From contig NW_024704743.1 in assembly GCF_018977255.1 (NCBI RefSeq), positions 8,868,001-8,932,000 on the forward strand: DNA of 64,000 nt, given 5' to 3'. Every line of letters starts with the position of its first letter. Position 1 is the stretch's first letter. The position numbers and the translations under genes are program-made. Positions 13,614 through 26,200 of this stretch are shown here, one piece after another. Under the pieces are notes generated by a model. It saw only the letters and a list, made by a program, of their open reading frames with translations, was not told where the DNA came from and did no database searches. This stretch comes from Callorhinchus milii. Taxonomy: Eukaryota.

Positions 13614-14051
13614 ATAATAAATAAGAATAATCATTGCATCTGATGTACCACCTTGTTGAACCATCTCAAAGCGCTTCACAGGATTTCAACTGTAAAGTAT
13701 ATTGACTGCATTTGTAGGCGAATGAAGCTGCCAATTTGCACACAGCTATGTCCCGCAAACATCACTGAGCGAATGATCAATTTTATCTGGAAAAATATTG
13801 GCTAAGACATTGGAAGAAACTCTCCCCTTTTCGAGTAATGCCATCGGATCTTTAACATCCTCGAATAGGCTGATGGGACCTCGATTTAATGATTCATTTA
13901 AAGGAACTGCACCTTCAAAAATGCAGCACCCCAGCAGCACCGTATTGGAGTTTCAGTTTAGACTTTAACATTAAAGTACTGACATGGGACTTGAACACAC
14001 AACTTTCTGACTCAGAGGCGAGAGCGCTTTCAATTAAGTCAAACTGACACC
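13614..14051 (-). mobile_element. Full-length Deu-domain SINE inserted in a CR1 3' end
   Basis: tRNA head at 13985-14051, Deu core and (TAA)n tail. CR1-like sequence on both sides (~13470-13613 and ~14055-14150). Confidence 0.75.
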
Positions 14052-15176
14052 TTCTTGGGCAATGCAAAAGAGAAGAGTAGTGAAACTAAATTGGTTGCTG
14101 TTATAGAGGACCTGCACGATGGGCCAGTGCTGTAAAATGCTATGATTGTATATTTCTCTGGCAAGCAATAATTTACTCTTAACAAGAAGCTCTAAACTGA
14201 GTGTGGGACTAGAGTTAACAAACTGCTCTGGGGTGGTAGCATCAAAGATTGCCTAACCATAGCTAAGTCAAGGTTGACTTGCAGTCGACTTAATTTAACT
14301 ATGGTCAGGCAACCTATGATTCCAATCACACACACACACTCACAGATGCACACAAGTCGTGGTTAAGCAGCAGACCCAGAAGGCAGTCTAATTTTATCAA
14401 ACACTACCTCATCACGCAGTTTAAATGACTTGTTCAGCTCCACTTGGAGCAGTCTTCATCTCACTGTATAAATACATATTTCAGCAACTCGTACCATTTC
14501 CAATTCATATTAGAAATAGATTATTTTGCTGCCAAATTATTACAGAGCCTGGCGCCTTCAGATAAAGGGGCAAAATCACCCCATTTTAATAACTGTAAAT
14601 AATTGTCTTAAGCTGAATAATTTTTCTTTCCCACAGTTATTTCTGGAAATATAATTTTATAAAAAGGTTTGACTCATTGCTTATCTTTGAAATGTGTGCG
14701 GTTTATTTTTTGAAATCCTACTAATCCTGAGAATATCCTGCAAACATGGTGTGTAAAAGGTGTACCTGACTGCAATTCTTAACAGTGGCCATTTTAGCTT
14801 TCATTCTGTTGACAGTCTGTCAGGTTTTTTTTCCCATCTTGATTAACAGTGCTGTTAATAATGGTACCACACAAACTAAATTGCCGTGCCAAAGGCTCAA
14901 TAAAAAAACCTGTTACTTCAACATTAATAAACTGTTTGCTTTTCATAATAACATGAGGCATGAATGACAACTACACAACAGGAAATGAGTTTTATTGCAT
15001 TTCGATTAAACTGCAGTTTATTCCCCGCCGAGTTTTTTTCTCCAACTATTTGCAATCTCCACCATTTCTATTCCTTACAAGAACCATTAAAATTACTTGG
15101 AATTATACTTGCACCAACTAGTCCTGTCACTACAAGAATAATAGACTACAGTTTCCTGGTAGCAATACGAAAATAT

Positions 15177-15765
15177 AATAACAATCCCTGTATTTGTTAT
15201 TGTGTCTTTCACATTAGTAGGTCATCTCAAAGCACTTCACAGGATGTAATGTAAAGTGCATTGACTGCGTTTTGTAGGCAAACACAGCAGCCAATTTGGG
15301 CATAGCAACAACCCGCAATCAACAACAACAACTTGGATTTATATAGCGCCCTCCACACCGGACGGCATCTCAGAGCGCTTTACAGTAACGGATCCCGGGG
15401 CCAAGCCAGGGGGAAGGGGAGGAAGGTGACCAAAGGCGCGGTCGAAAAGAAAGGTCTTCAGCAAAGACTTGAAAATAGGAAGGGAGGGAGTGAGACGAAG
15501 GGAGTGAGGAAGGCAGTTCCAGAATCATGTCCAATTTTATTTGGGGAATTGTTGGCCAGGACACAGCGAAAAACTTCTTTCTCTTTTCAAGTAGTGCTAT
15601 GGGATCTTTAACATCCATCTGAAAAAGCAGATGGGACCTCAATTTAACACCTCATCTGAAGGACAGCACCTCCAACAATGCAGTGGACCCCAAGCAATAC
15701 ATTGAAGTGTCAAGAGTATAATATGTGAGTGGACTCAGACCCCCAATCTTTTGATCCAAAGGCAA
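15177..15765 (-). mobile_element. Deu-domain SINE interrupted by an L2 3' end (15322-15522)
   Basis: SINE tail at 15177-15320 and core at 15528-15765. The L2 insert is flanked by aatca at 15317-15321 and 15523-15527. Confidence 0.8.
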
Positions 15766-17421
15766 GAATCATGGAATCATAGAATTATACAGCACAGAAG
15801 GAGACCATTCGATCCATCGTGTCTGTGCCGACTCTTTGAAAGACCTATCCAATCAGTCCCACTTCCCCACTCTCTCCCCATAACCCTGCAAACTTGTCCT
15901 CCCCAATTCCACCAACCAAGCCAGGATAACAAAATATTTGTGGATGACAGCAGTGTTGTTTACAATAAATATCCCCCTAGAGAGGGAACTTTACTCCAGG
16001 AATAGATTGTGTTGGAATGGAGTCAGCGTGATGTATTTTGAGTTGCCTTGGAGTTTTTATGAAAGAATTCTATTAGACCATGCTGGGTTTTCTATTGTTT
16101 CACCTTTATAACAGTGAGTTTTAAAATTTGGTGTGATAAACTTCGCCCACAAAATATACAGTCAATTCCCTTTATAGTATATTCTGTGAAGTGGTTTGTG
16201 CTGTCTCAATGATGCATGATAAGGCACTAAATCAAATGCAAGGATTTTTTTTAGCTTCATTTTACCTTTTACCAGAGTTATTAACTGATAAAGTGCAGTT
16301 CAGACTGGAACTTAGTTATCATAAACATTTTTTTCAAATGGTTCAAGCTCTGCATTTAGTTCCCTTGGAGGAACTACTTTCAAGAATGAAACTGAGTCAT
16401 ACAGTCTAGGAAGATCCCAGGCTGGATTCCCTGTCTGTGTTTGGTTATCTCACCTCTGATCTAATCTCTTTATACAGATGGTAAAGATATGCAATAGACT
16501 TTTCAGGCAGCCAGTAGATGCAGAGTTAGGTCAGTAAATAGCAACGGTTTATTTGATTGAACAATTAAGATAGTGTTGGACTTTTTAACTATAGGGCTGG
16601 ATAGACTATAATGAAGTACCTAAAAAAGGAGTAAGCTAAGGGCATGGGGAGAGGGGAGGTAAATAGGACTAAAAGGATCGTTCTTAAAAGAGTCAGCACA
16701 GACATGATGGACCAAATAGCCTCCTTCTGTGCTGTAAACAACTATGTTTCTATGGTCCTTTCCAGTCCTGTACTATTCCTATACTCCTATGGTCAGGGTA
16801 AGTTCGTCCACAAAATTATACAGTCAATTCACTTTACAGTGTATTCTGTGAAGCGCTTTGAGATGCCTCGAAGACTTGATAAGGCTCTATATCAAATGCA
16901 AGGATTATTATTATTATTACCACGTTTGGCATCGATGCCCCTGGACTGTGGAGAGAAAAGTTAGCCAAGATTTTGGCCCCTTTGAACTCTATTAGAAAGT
17001 TTGAGTATGTGGACATTCGGTGAAGCTTGCCTGTGAAGTTTGTCTACTCACAGTTAGGTCACCTCTCTCCACACTTAGTGGCCAGACTCATATATAAGGA
17101 ACTGTCACTTGGATGAGCCACTGTGCCAGTGCCTATGAAGCTGTATGCTCACATGAATGATTCCCCTTTAGGGGAAGACAAGTATTAACTTCAACCACTA
17201 GGGGCAACTGGCAAATTTTGTAACACTTCAGTGATTGAACAAAGCAGAAATCAGCTACTAGAATGTTATTGGAAATAGTTGAGCATCTTCCATGTGCCAG
17301 GCCTCACACTCATGTTTCCTGTAGGTTTAACTGCTTCTACCTCCCACTTCCTCCAAAAAATGACCTCCTCCAATATATAACTGGACAAATACCTAAATAA
17401 GGAATAAACTACAGTAGTATG

Positions 17422-17718
17422 CAACAACAACAACTTGGATTTATATAGCGCCTTCCACGCTGGACGGCGTCTCTGAGCGCTTCACAATAACGGATCCCAG
17501 GGCCGAGCCAGGGGGAGGGGGAGGAAGGTGAGCAAAAGTGCGGTCGAAAAGAAAGGTCTTCAGCAGAAACCTGAAAGTAGGAAGAGAAGGGGTGAGGCGA
17601 AGAGAGTGAGGAAGGGAGTTCCAGAGCCTTGGGACATAGTGGCTGAAGGTACGACCGCCAAGGGTAGAGTGGAGGACTTGGGGACAAGGAGGAGGCCAGA
17701 CCTGGAGGAACGAAGGCA
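17422..17718 (-). mobile_element. L2-type LINE 3' end with (GTT)n tail
   Basis: Translates to ...GGRTFSHYVPRLWNSLPHSLR...FRFLLKTFLFDRTF, the typical L2 ORF2 C-terminus. Very similar to the copy at 15322-15522. Confidence 0.85.
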
Positions 17719-18000
17719 ACAGGAACAGTCAAGTAAATGGAACTGAAAGGATTCCTCTTAAAAGAGGCCACAGACATACAGTGGGCTGAATGGCATTCTT
17801 CTGTGCTATAATTTTCTATGTTTCTATATAGTGGCATTTCAATAGTTCTTTCTTGTGCCAGCGCTTTTCTGACGTGAAAAGCGCTACACAAATGTAATCT
17901 GTTGTTATTTAATGGGTGTCTGTCAAGTTCTTACATTTTACATTTATAATGCAAACCATTCTGAAACATCATTCGGAATAAACTCTGATACTTTTCTTAC

Positions 18001-18228
18001 CTCCGGGAAATCCATCCCAAATTTCCAGCCTGTCAAAGCGACACAACATTCCCTCCCGTAAATTGCTGTCCGGTTCCAAGTCAAAGCTTCCGAACTCCAG
18101 GAGAATCTCTGCCATGACGGGCGCAACGATCATGTACGTGCATTCCAAATTGTTGGGGTACTTCTCAGGGAATCCTGGAGATCGAATCTCTGCACTTTGT
18201 GAAGTGTAGTTTCTGGAACATTCGGGCC
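18001..18228 (-). CDS. NRP1: Neuropilin-1 coding exon 4 (CUB a2, N-terminal part)
   Basis: Branch-like TACTAAT (18249-18255), acceptor ttttgcactgcag|, donor GAG|gtaaga, 228 nt. Encodes GPECSRNYTSQSAEIRSPGFPEKYPNNLECTYMIVAPVMAEILLEFGSFDLEPDSNLREGMLCRFDRLEIWDGFPG. Confidence 0.98.
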
Positions 18229-18255
18229 CTGCAGTGCAAAACAGCTGGATTAGTA

Positions 18256-18433
18256 ACCAATAACTAATTACACACGCAAACTGACCAATATTACATGTCA
18301 TCTGACCAACAACGCATGCAGACTCATCAATAACAAACTGCAAACTCACCAGTAACACATGAAACACATGCAGAATCACCAATAACACACGCAGATTCAC
18401 CAGTAACACACGCCCACTCACCGATACCACATG
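18256..18433. repeat. Degenerate ~21-bp minisatellite (ACCAATAACACAYGCARACTC-like), about 8 units
   Basis: Recurrent accaataacacacgcagattc and accagtaacacacgcccactc units directly upstream (gene sense) of the exon 4 branch point. Confidence 0.85.
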
Positions 18434-20724
18434 TACAGGCCCAAAGCCCTGCAGTGGAGTTATTATAATAATAATCCTTGCATTTGATATGGCGCCTTAT
18501 AACATCTCAAAACACTTCAAAGTTGAATTCACCTTAAAGTGAAACTGTATCATAGAAATTTTTATCACAAAGGGAAGCCTTTCGGCCTATGATGTTTATA
18601 CCATTGTTACCTGTTGTTACACTGTTACCTTCATTATTCATCCCATTTTCCAACTCTTCCCCCCAAAATAAATGAAAAATAATAAATTGGTCACTCAGTT
18701 CATGACTGTTTGTGAGACACTGCTGTGCACAATTGGCTGCCATGTTTCGCCACACAAAATATTCAGTCAAATCACTTTACAATATATTCTGTTAAGCACT
18801 TTGAGATGTCTCAACGACATAAGGTGCTATATCAAATGCAAGAATTATTATTATTGCCTTTCATCCAAGACCCTTCTGGTCTGTATGAATCAGTTTCCGA
18901 CTGGACACCAATGGAACCATCAAGGGAGCATTTTGACACAACTATTTAAAGAACTGAGGAAAAAAAATGCGATATTTCTAACCAAATTCTCTAATAAAGA
19001 ATCCGAGTCGCACAAATGGAGATTCTTTATGGTAACCAGACATGAGTTGCATTGTAGAAATATGCTCTGACACAATTTACAGTGCATTACAATACAACTT
19101 ACATTTATATAGCACCTTCCATGTTGGGAGGATATCCCAAAAAGCTTGACGCTTCTGGCTGGGCAGCTAAGCTAGGAGCTGGGAACCAGAAGGGTGGTGG
19201 GGGGTGGGAGGGGGGTAAAGGTGACTGAAGAAGTCATGGAGGTTCATCTTGAGATGAAACATTGAACAAGGTAAGAACGGATTTACTTCCAGAGTGGAAT
19301 CTGGCTGAATTTCTAACAAGATCCCTTATTAAGAAATCCTGCATTTTAGACTCCATGTTTTATTAACATAGGCACATGTACAAACACTGCAGGAAGACGT
19401 CCATGGGTGAGACTGCATAGCCCAGCTTTTTGTTTCCAGGTACTTCACCTCTTTTGTGCATCCATGCAGTGAAAGCTTATGTGTGTCCTCTCATACTGTA
19501 CAGTAGCAATCCCAAATGGCATCTGCATCTACACCAATGGCTTAAGGATAAGTAAAGGTAAATTGGGTGCAGAATTTCCATTCATATAAACACTACCATA
19601 TGTAAATGTTCACAGCTTGACTGAAAGCAGGTACTTATGTCGCTTAATAAGTGAGTAAAGAAAATAGACAAACAAGACCGCAAGGTTGCCAGCACTGGCC
19701 CAGTTCACGGAATAGCCTATCAGATTGGCACCTGATACTGAGAGGAGTCCACCATTCACTGAAGTACATTACAATCAAATAGAGACCAGTGGAGCTTTCT
19801 TACTTCACAATGGTTCTGGCCTTTGACACAAAGGCATGTTTCTTAAGGTTTAACAGCTTGGCTTTATGTGACATCAAGCAATAAATATAATGGCATTCCT
19901 AATCCAGCACAGCACGAGGGTTAGGCATGTGTGGGGTTTAGGAATTTCAGCTGCCCGCTAAAGAAACAGTAATTGCACCTTTCCGGCTGTTAATTTAAAT
20001 TTTAAAGCAGGTTTTATGTGAGAAGGGCAGTATTTCACAGAAGTCAGTGGGATGCACAGGTCTGTGCGAGCTGAGCATTGCGGCCCTGACTTTCCACTGG
20101 GAGTGCTTGCCATTGCCTACCAGATGCGACCTATCATGCACTGACACATGGGGGCATGAAGCCTAATGTGTACAGCATGTGGCTGCAGGCGGGTTCTCGA
20201 GCGGGAGAGTGTTGATACAGCTGCTGCTATGTAGTGTTGGAGCGAAAATACAATGATAAATCTAGGTTGTTAGTGGAAGTTTTACACGCGCTCAGTGATA
20301 CATTTCTACTTATTTTAAGCAACACTAGAAAGAATCATTGCACCACTGAAGTTTTTTTTAAAAAAGTGCCACGTCAGCTATTTCTGTTGAACCACTCAAG
20401 ACAAGTCTAGCAGAGGCAATGTGTGATCTTTTGTGAGTGTGGCTCCTGACTAATGGAGCATAGCTGTTCCGATGTTTAATTTTCCTAAGGATTGGCTCCT
20501 TCAAGTAGCTTTTGGAGCCCACTACATGGTACAGACCATTAATTGATAATCAAATACACTTAGTTAGCATTTCTTATTTGCGTGTCCTGGGGTGATTTAG
20601 CACATCCCAATGTTAGGAAATGAGCACTAACTCATTGATTCCCGTGGAATCGATGGCCTTACCCACAAGATTGGCACAGTCGCTGTCAACACGGGTAGAA
20701 ATCCAAGACCAGAAAGGAATAGCA

Positions 20725-20960
20725 ATATGTGCGCATGTGATTTGTGTTGGGTGTATTATTATGTGTGTGTGTGTGTGTGTCTGTGTTGTGTGTGTAATCC
20801 GATGGTGCATTGTAAGTGTGAATGTGTTTTGTGTGTGCATTGTGAATGCATTTAGTGAATGCATTGTGTGCTGGGAGTGTGTTGTGCTGTGTGAATATGT
20901 GTTTTGTGCATAATTGTATGCTATGTGTGTGATGTGAGTATGTTGTATTGTGAATGCTTT
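20725..20960. repeat. Degenerate (TG)n tract
   Basis: Direct reading of the sequence. Confidence 0.85.
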
Positions 20961-20975
20961 ATTTATGCATTAAGC

Positions 20976-21280
20976 GTGGAGTCCTGTAGCTCAGTGGTTA
21001 GAGCACTTGCTTTGCAAGCGAGAGACCTGAGTTCAATTCCAGACAGAGGGCGAAACCTTGGGCAAGTTTCCTTACTCCACACGCCTAATAATAATCCCTC
21101 CAAAACCAAAAACAATAATAAAATTGGCATTTTCAATCTACGACTGTTTGTGGGACATTGCTGTGCGCAATTGGCTGCCGCGTTCGCCCACAAATTTACA
21201 GTCAATTCACTTTACAGTGTCTTCTGTGAAGCGCTTTGGGACATCTAGAAGGCGTGAAAAGCGCTATATCAAATGCAAGG

Positions 21281-21327
<47 letters not shown>
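20976..21327 (+). mobile_element. Full-length tRNA-derived SINE, short form, young
   Basis: Pol III A box (tagctcagtgg) and B box (gagttcaattcc), body gtttgtgggacattgctgtgcgcaattggctgccgcg, L2-like tail ending in (ATT)n. Flanked by taagc on both sides. Confidence 0.9.
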
Positions 21328-21328
<1 letters not shown>

Positions 21329-22240
21329 AGCGCTCTGAGACACTACCCTGCGTGGAAGGCGCTATATAAGTGCAAGTTGTTGTATGTGTGGAGTCAATGT
21401 GTGGAGAGTCGAGCGTGTGAGCTGCTAAAGAACCAGGTAATTTCCATCCCATTGACAGTGTTCTGGTTTCACCTTAATCTTATCCTGGATTTCTTTCCTC
21501 AACCCCAGATCTGCACTTGTCCAGAGGTTCTTGAAAATTTGTGGTCACGCCCTTCAGTTTGTATATTCATGCCAGTAAATCACCCTTTGAATGTGGGAAT
21601 TCAGTCGTGAGAAGCAGAAACCTTCCAAGACAACCAAATTGACATTCAGATCTACGTTTGACCATCAATTTCAAATAATTAGGTAGAAATTATGGCAGAT
21701 TAGCAATGGAGAGAGTGAATATGACTTGATCTAATTAACAATGCTCCAATGAGAAGGACTGTGCTTTTATTAAATTAATATTAAACTTTCAACTTTCCTT
21801 CAGGCTAAATGAATTCTGACATGTAATATTCGCTGGTACCACACACTCCCTGCTTTGTTATCGCTGCAATGCTAATCATGTCTTCAGGTGTCAAGAAAAT
21901 CAAATTACAACCAAAATTAGCTTTTAATTTACTCAAAAGCTTTTACTTTTCATTTGGGCTTGAGGAACTGACAGTTTGTCTTCCACTTTGAACAGCAGTA
22001 ACCTCCCACAAAGAGCTCTTGTCTAAATGCTAGCAACTTGCACAATCACTCTGACTTGCAAAATGTGTCTACTCTCCTGTACACTTAACCTGCGGCTCCC
22101 TTGACATAGAAGAGTGCTTCGCTGAAGGACTCTGCTCTCTCTTTCTGCGAGCTGCACATAGCCCAAATAATACTGATCCCCTTGATTAAACAGCCATCAA
22201 GGAAAATGAATGACCTGTGTCGTTATGGTATTTGATATGA

Positions 22241-22630
22241 TTATTAATAATAATATAGCACCTTTCATGTTGGGACAACATCTGAAAGCACTTTGTAGGA
22301 TACATTGTAAAGTATAGTGACTGAGTATTTTATGAGTGAATGCAGCAGCCAATTTGCACACAGCAACTTCCCAATCAATTTTATCTTGGGAGATTGTTGA
22401 CCAGGACACCATGAGAAATCTCCCTTCTCTTTTCCAATAGTGTAATGGGATCAGTAACTCCCACCTGAATAGGTAGACAGGGCCTCGGTTTAACATCTAA
22501 TCTGAAGGATGGCATCTCCAACAATGCAATGCACCACCAAGACTGTGATTTTGAAGCCCTGATTTGGGGCTTGAACCCAAAACCTTCTGACTCAGAGGTA
22601 GGAGTGCTACCAACTATGCCAGTCTGACAA
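22241..22630 (-). mobile_element. Deu-domain SINE, near full length
   Basis: Head cttgaacccaaaaccttctgactcagagg...gtgctaccaact, core and tail all present. Confidence 0.8.
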
Positions 22631-24289
22631 CTTACTTTTAAGTAAGACTCTAGACAGGAACCAATAAGTATTCCTATGTCTGTGTGGAAACAGCTCAGCA
22701 AGGTGTCTGAGGTTGCTCACTGGCATCTCCAATAAATTGATAGGACAAGTGGGCAAAATGTCTTTTATGTGCACGGAGAGGAGATATTGGGTTCTAATAT
22801 GCAGCAATTTCTAATGGCATTCCTTAATAAGGAAATAAAGTGCACCAAGGGGAATTCCACTCTGAAGCAATCTACCTTCAGAGTGGTGATGCCTTCCGTC
22901 AGCGTGAAATACGTGACATACATCCGGCAACTGGAAGGAACCCTCATTTATCTTTCTATACAGACTGTTTAAAATCTTTATTAAGGAATCCCGTTTGAAA
23001 TTGGCCTGTGATAGACCCCACTGTCAGCAAAGGAATATTCAAAGCCCTCTTTCAAAAATAGATTTTCAAAAAATAACTTGCTTCACTAAAGCGTGCATGA
23101 GAGAAAGAATAACAGAACGTAGAATAATTCAGTTTTACCAATGAACTAGAAACCTATAATTTAATTGATGCAATCTGAGATAACCTCCAGTGTTTCCAGA
23201 TCATGACCAGAGAATGAGCAGTTTCAAGGTGATTCTGTTTCCAGCTCCTAATCTTTATGTGTTTTCTCTCTAGTTCCATTTTAAAATTCCTGATCTCCCT
23301 CTCTCTCTCTCGGAATTAAATTGCTACATAATTCATTTCTGTAGCACAACACTCCACCTTCCCACTCACAGGGCTGCTTCTCACTCTGCCGCCCACCAGC
23401 AGTCTGGAGATAACACTCAGCTTCCGTTCAGTAACTGAAGACCAAAAGGAAATGGCTGTTGCTTGCGATTTCAATGCGTTTTCCTTGTGAAGCGGTCTAA
23501 GACATCACCCTACAAGTTGTAATTGTTAACTTTCTAAAGCTCAGACAGCTACCTCTGTGTCCCTCCGCAAGATTGAGCCGACATCTGCAGTAAATAAGTA
23601 TGCCTCTCCTGGCTCTCTGAGGTTAGGTTCTGGTCACCTGGACATGGCTCATAGCTGGCTGGACACCAGGAAGTATTTCTTTACACAGAAATGAACATCT
23701 GGAACTGATTACCAGGAAGGGTGGCAGAGACCAGGATTCATTTAAGAAACAGTTTGAAGCTGCAATGGGAAGAATAGTTCTGGTCAACGTGACACAAAGT
23801 GGGCTGATCAGACTCCAGGGGCAATGCCAACCAAAACAAAGGTTCAGTCCTTTGCTTTAGAGTCATGACCAGATAAACTACTCTTCAGTCTTGAAAAGAG
23901 ATGCCTCAGAATGGACCTCATCGAGATACATAATGGAACAGAGGAAACAATCTCAGGATAATACTTGCAGATATAGATAGAGAAGTTCTGGATGAGCTTA
24001 GATGTGAAAGAATTTATAAGTGAGGGTGAGGACTTTGAAGTTGATACTAATGGGTATGGAATCTCTGGTGACCTATTTGTGTCAGATCTCTGGTAGATCC
24101 ATGATATCAGTGGGGGTGGAAGGGGAAGGGAGGAGAGTATATGTGGCTGTGCAAAAATAGGCACTAGGGGGTGGGGGCAGAACAGAGGGTCTTACAACGA
24201 GAAATGTAGCACTTAAGCACAGTTCAAAATGATGCTGGACACCAGATGCATCCTTGCATAGCTACATTTGATAATTGGACCTTAGTATT

Positions 24290-24790
24290 GAAGAAAATCC
24301 CATTATTTCCACTGGTTAGTATGTCAGTGACCAGAGGACATCCATTTAAGACAGTTAGCAAATGAGGAGCTTAGGAGAATTTTTTTTATGCAGAGAGTAT
24401 GGAATGCTCTGCAGTAGTTGAGGCAGAATCCATATTAGCTTTCTAGATAGATGCAACAATAACAAATTACATTTGTATAGCTCCTTTCATGTTGGGAGGA
24501 CATCCAAGACCCTGGACAGTCGAAAGATACCTGAGCTAGAGGTTGGAATCAGGAGAGGTGGAGGGCAAGGAGGGTGGAGTTAGGAGGGTGATTGAAGGCA
24601 AAGTCGAAGAGGAGGATCTTGAGACAGGCCTTGAAGGAGACAAAGGAGGAGGCGAGGCAAAGATGCCTGAATAAAAGTAAACTACAGGGGTATGGAGAAG
24701 AGGCAGATTTAAATGGGACTGCAAGGATTGCTCTTCAAAGTGCCAGGCAAGATGGGCCAAATGGCTGTAAATTCCTCTGATTCTATGCTT
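24290..24790 (+). mobile_element. CR1 3' end interrupted by an L2 3' end (24455-24660, minus strand)
   Basis: CR1 motif accagaggacat...ttaggagaattttttttatgcagagag. The L2 insert is flanked by agatgc at 24449-24454 and 24661-24666. Confidence 0.8.
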
Positions 24791-25359
24791 CCAAAAGACA
24801 GCTCCCAACTTGTTCAGAAGCAAGTTGTGACTCAAGAGGGTATGCTTCCAAGATCTGTTTATAAACTTGGCTCTCTTCCTTTTTAACTTGGGCAGGATTA
24901 AAGCTTAAGAAAATCCAGACATCTTAAATGATGCCAAAGAAGAATACAGCCCTCATTATTATTGTGAGGCACCAGCACCCTTCATATAGTTAGATTTAGA
25001 TTTTCAATCTCATTTATAATAATAAACCACAAATTTGATATAGTGCTTAGAAATGTCAAAACACCTCAAGTGCTTCACAGGAAATTGCTGCCACGTGTAG
25101 TGACTGTGTACATATAGACAAATTTAGCAGCTAATTTTCTGCACATAACAAGGTCCTGCAAATGGCTCTGAAATGGATGCAGTGCAGTGGGCTGGACTGG
25201 GAGTTCCCACAATCATAGGGCTTGAATTCACTATTTTCTGAACCAAAGGTGAGATTGATACCAACTGAGCCAGACTGGCACTTCTAATTATATAAGAGGT
25301 AGCAACAAAAATACTATTGTGTGCGGAGGATTTGAGTCTTTTATTAAGTTGAAGTAATT

Positions 25360-25780
25360 GTCAGCCTGGCTCAGTTGGTAGCACTTTCCCCTCTGAGTCA
25401 GAAGGTTGTGGATCCAAACCCCACATCAGGACTTTGGACTCACAGTGTATTCACCTACAAATCCATAGTCATTGAGCTACACAATAAATTTATATTAACA
25501 CTCTAATTCAGGGCTGGGGGAGTTGTACATTGTTGGGGATACTTTTCTTCAGATAAGATGTTAAACCGAGGTTCCATCTCCTGTTCTGGTGGATGTTCAA
25601 GCTCACCTTGGCACTATTTAAAAAGAGAAGAGGGATGTCCTGGCCACCTTGGCCAGGGGTATCTCAGGTAAAATTGGTTACTGAATTCCTATCCGTTTGT
25701 GGAATATTGCTGTGCACAAATTGGCTTCTGCATTCACACACTAAGTCAATGTGACTGCGCTACACAATAACTTTATTAAA
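25360..25780 (+). mobile_element. Deu-domain SINE with tRNA head
   Basis: gtcagcctggctcagttggtagcactttccctctgagtcagaagg...gatgttaaaccgagg. Confidence 0.8.
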
Positions 25781-25814
25781 CTGAATTATTAACATGACAA
25801 TTATTTTGCTAGAG

Positions 25815-26200
25815 AAGAGACGTTTAAGAGGGGACCTAATGGAGGTGTTAAAAAATATAGAAGGGTTCAACAAACTTAACATAAATAGGCTGTTCCCACT
25901 GGTTGGGAGTCCAGAACCAAGGGGCATAAATATAAGATAGTGACTTGGGGATCAAAAAGAGAATTTACGATGAACTACTTCAGGCAGACACTGTAAGACT
26001 GTAGAACTTGCTGCCTGAAGTGGTGGTTGAATAAAATAATATAGAAGCATTCAAGAGAAAGCAAGACCCTCACATGAGGGAGAGGGGAATAGAAGGGCTT
26101 GAAAGTCATTAAGGAATGGGTTGAAGGCTCATGTGGAGTATAAACAGAGGCACAAACTGGTTGAGCCAAGAGACCTGTTTCCATGCTGTAAATTTTTGTA
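25815..26200 (+). mobile_element. CR1-type LINE 3' end
   Basis: agaagagacgtttaagaggggaccta (RRLRGDL) ... agaaccaaggggcataaatataag (RTRGH.YK). Further CR1 fragments at about 790-1035, 4830-5030, 15765-15905(-), 16620-16755, 17735-17825, 23660-23800, 31170-31350(-), 38730-39000, 40110-40350, 46150-46240, 48000-48135 and 53170-53330. Confidence 0.8.

Noticed and set aside
20976..21050. tRNA gene (also similar heads near 12000, 25360, 34757, 43820 and 45655)
   Set aside because: The A/B boxes are SINE heads continuous with SINE bodies, and there is no complete cloverleaf.
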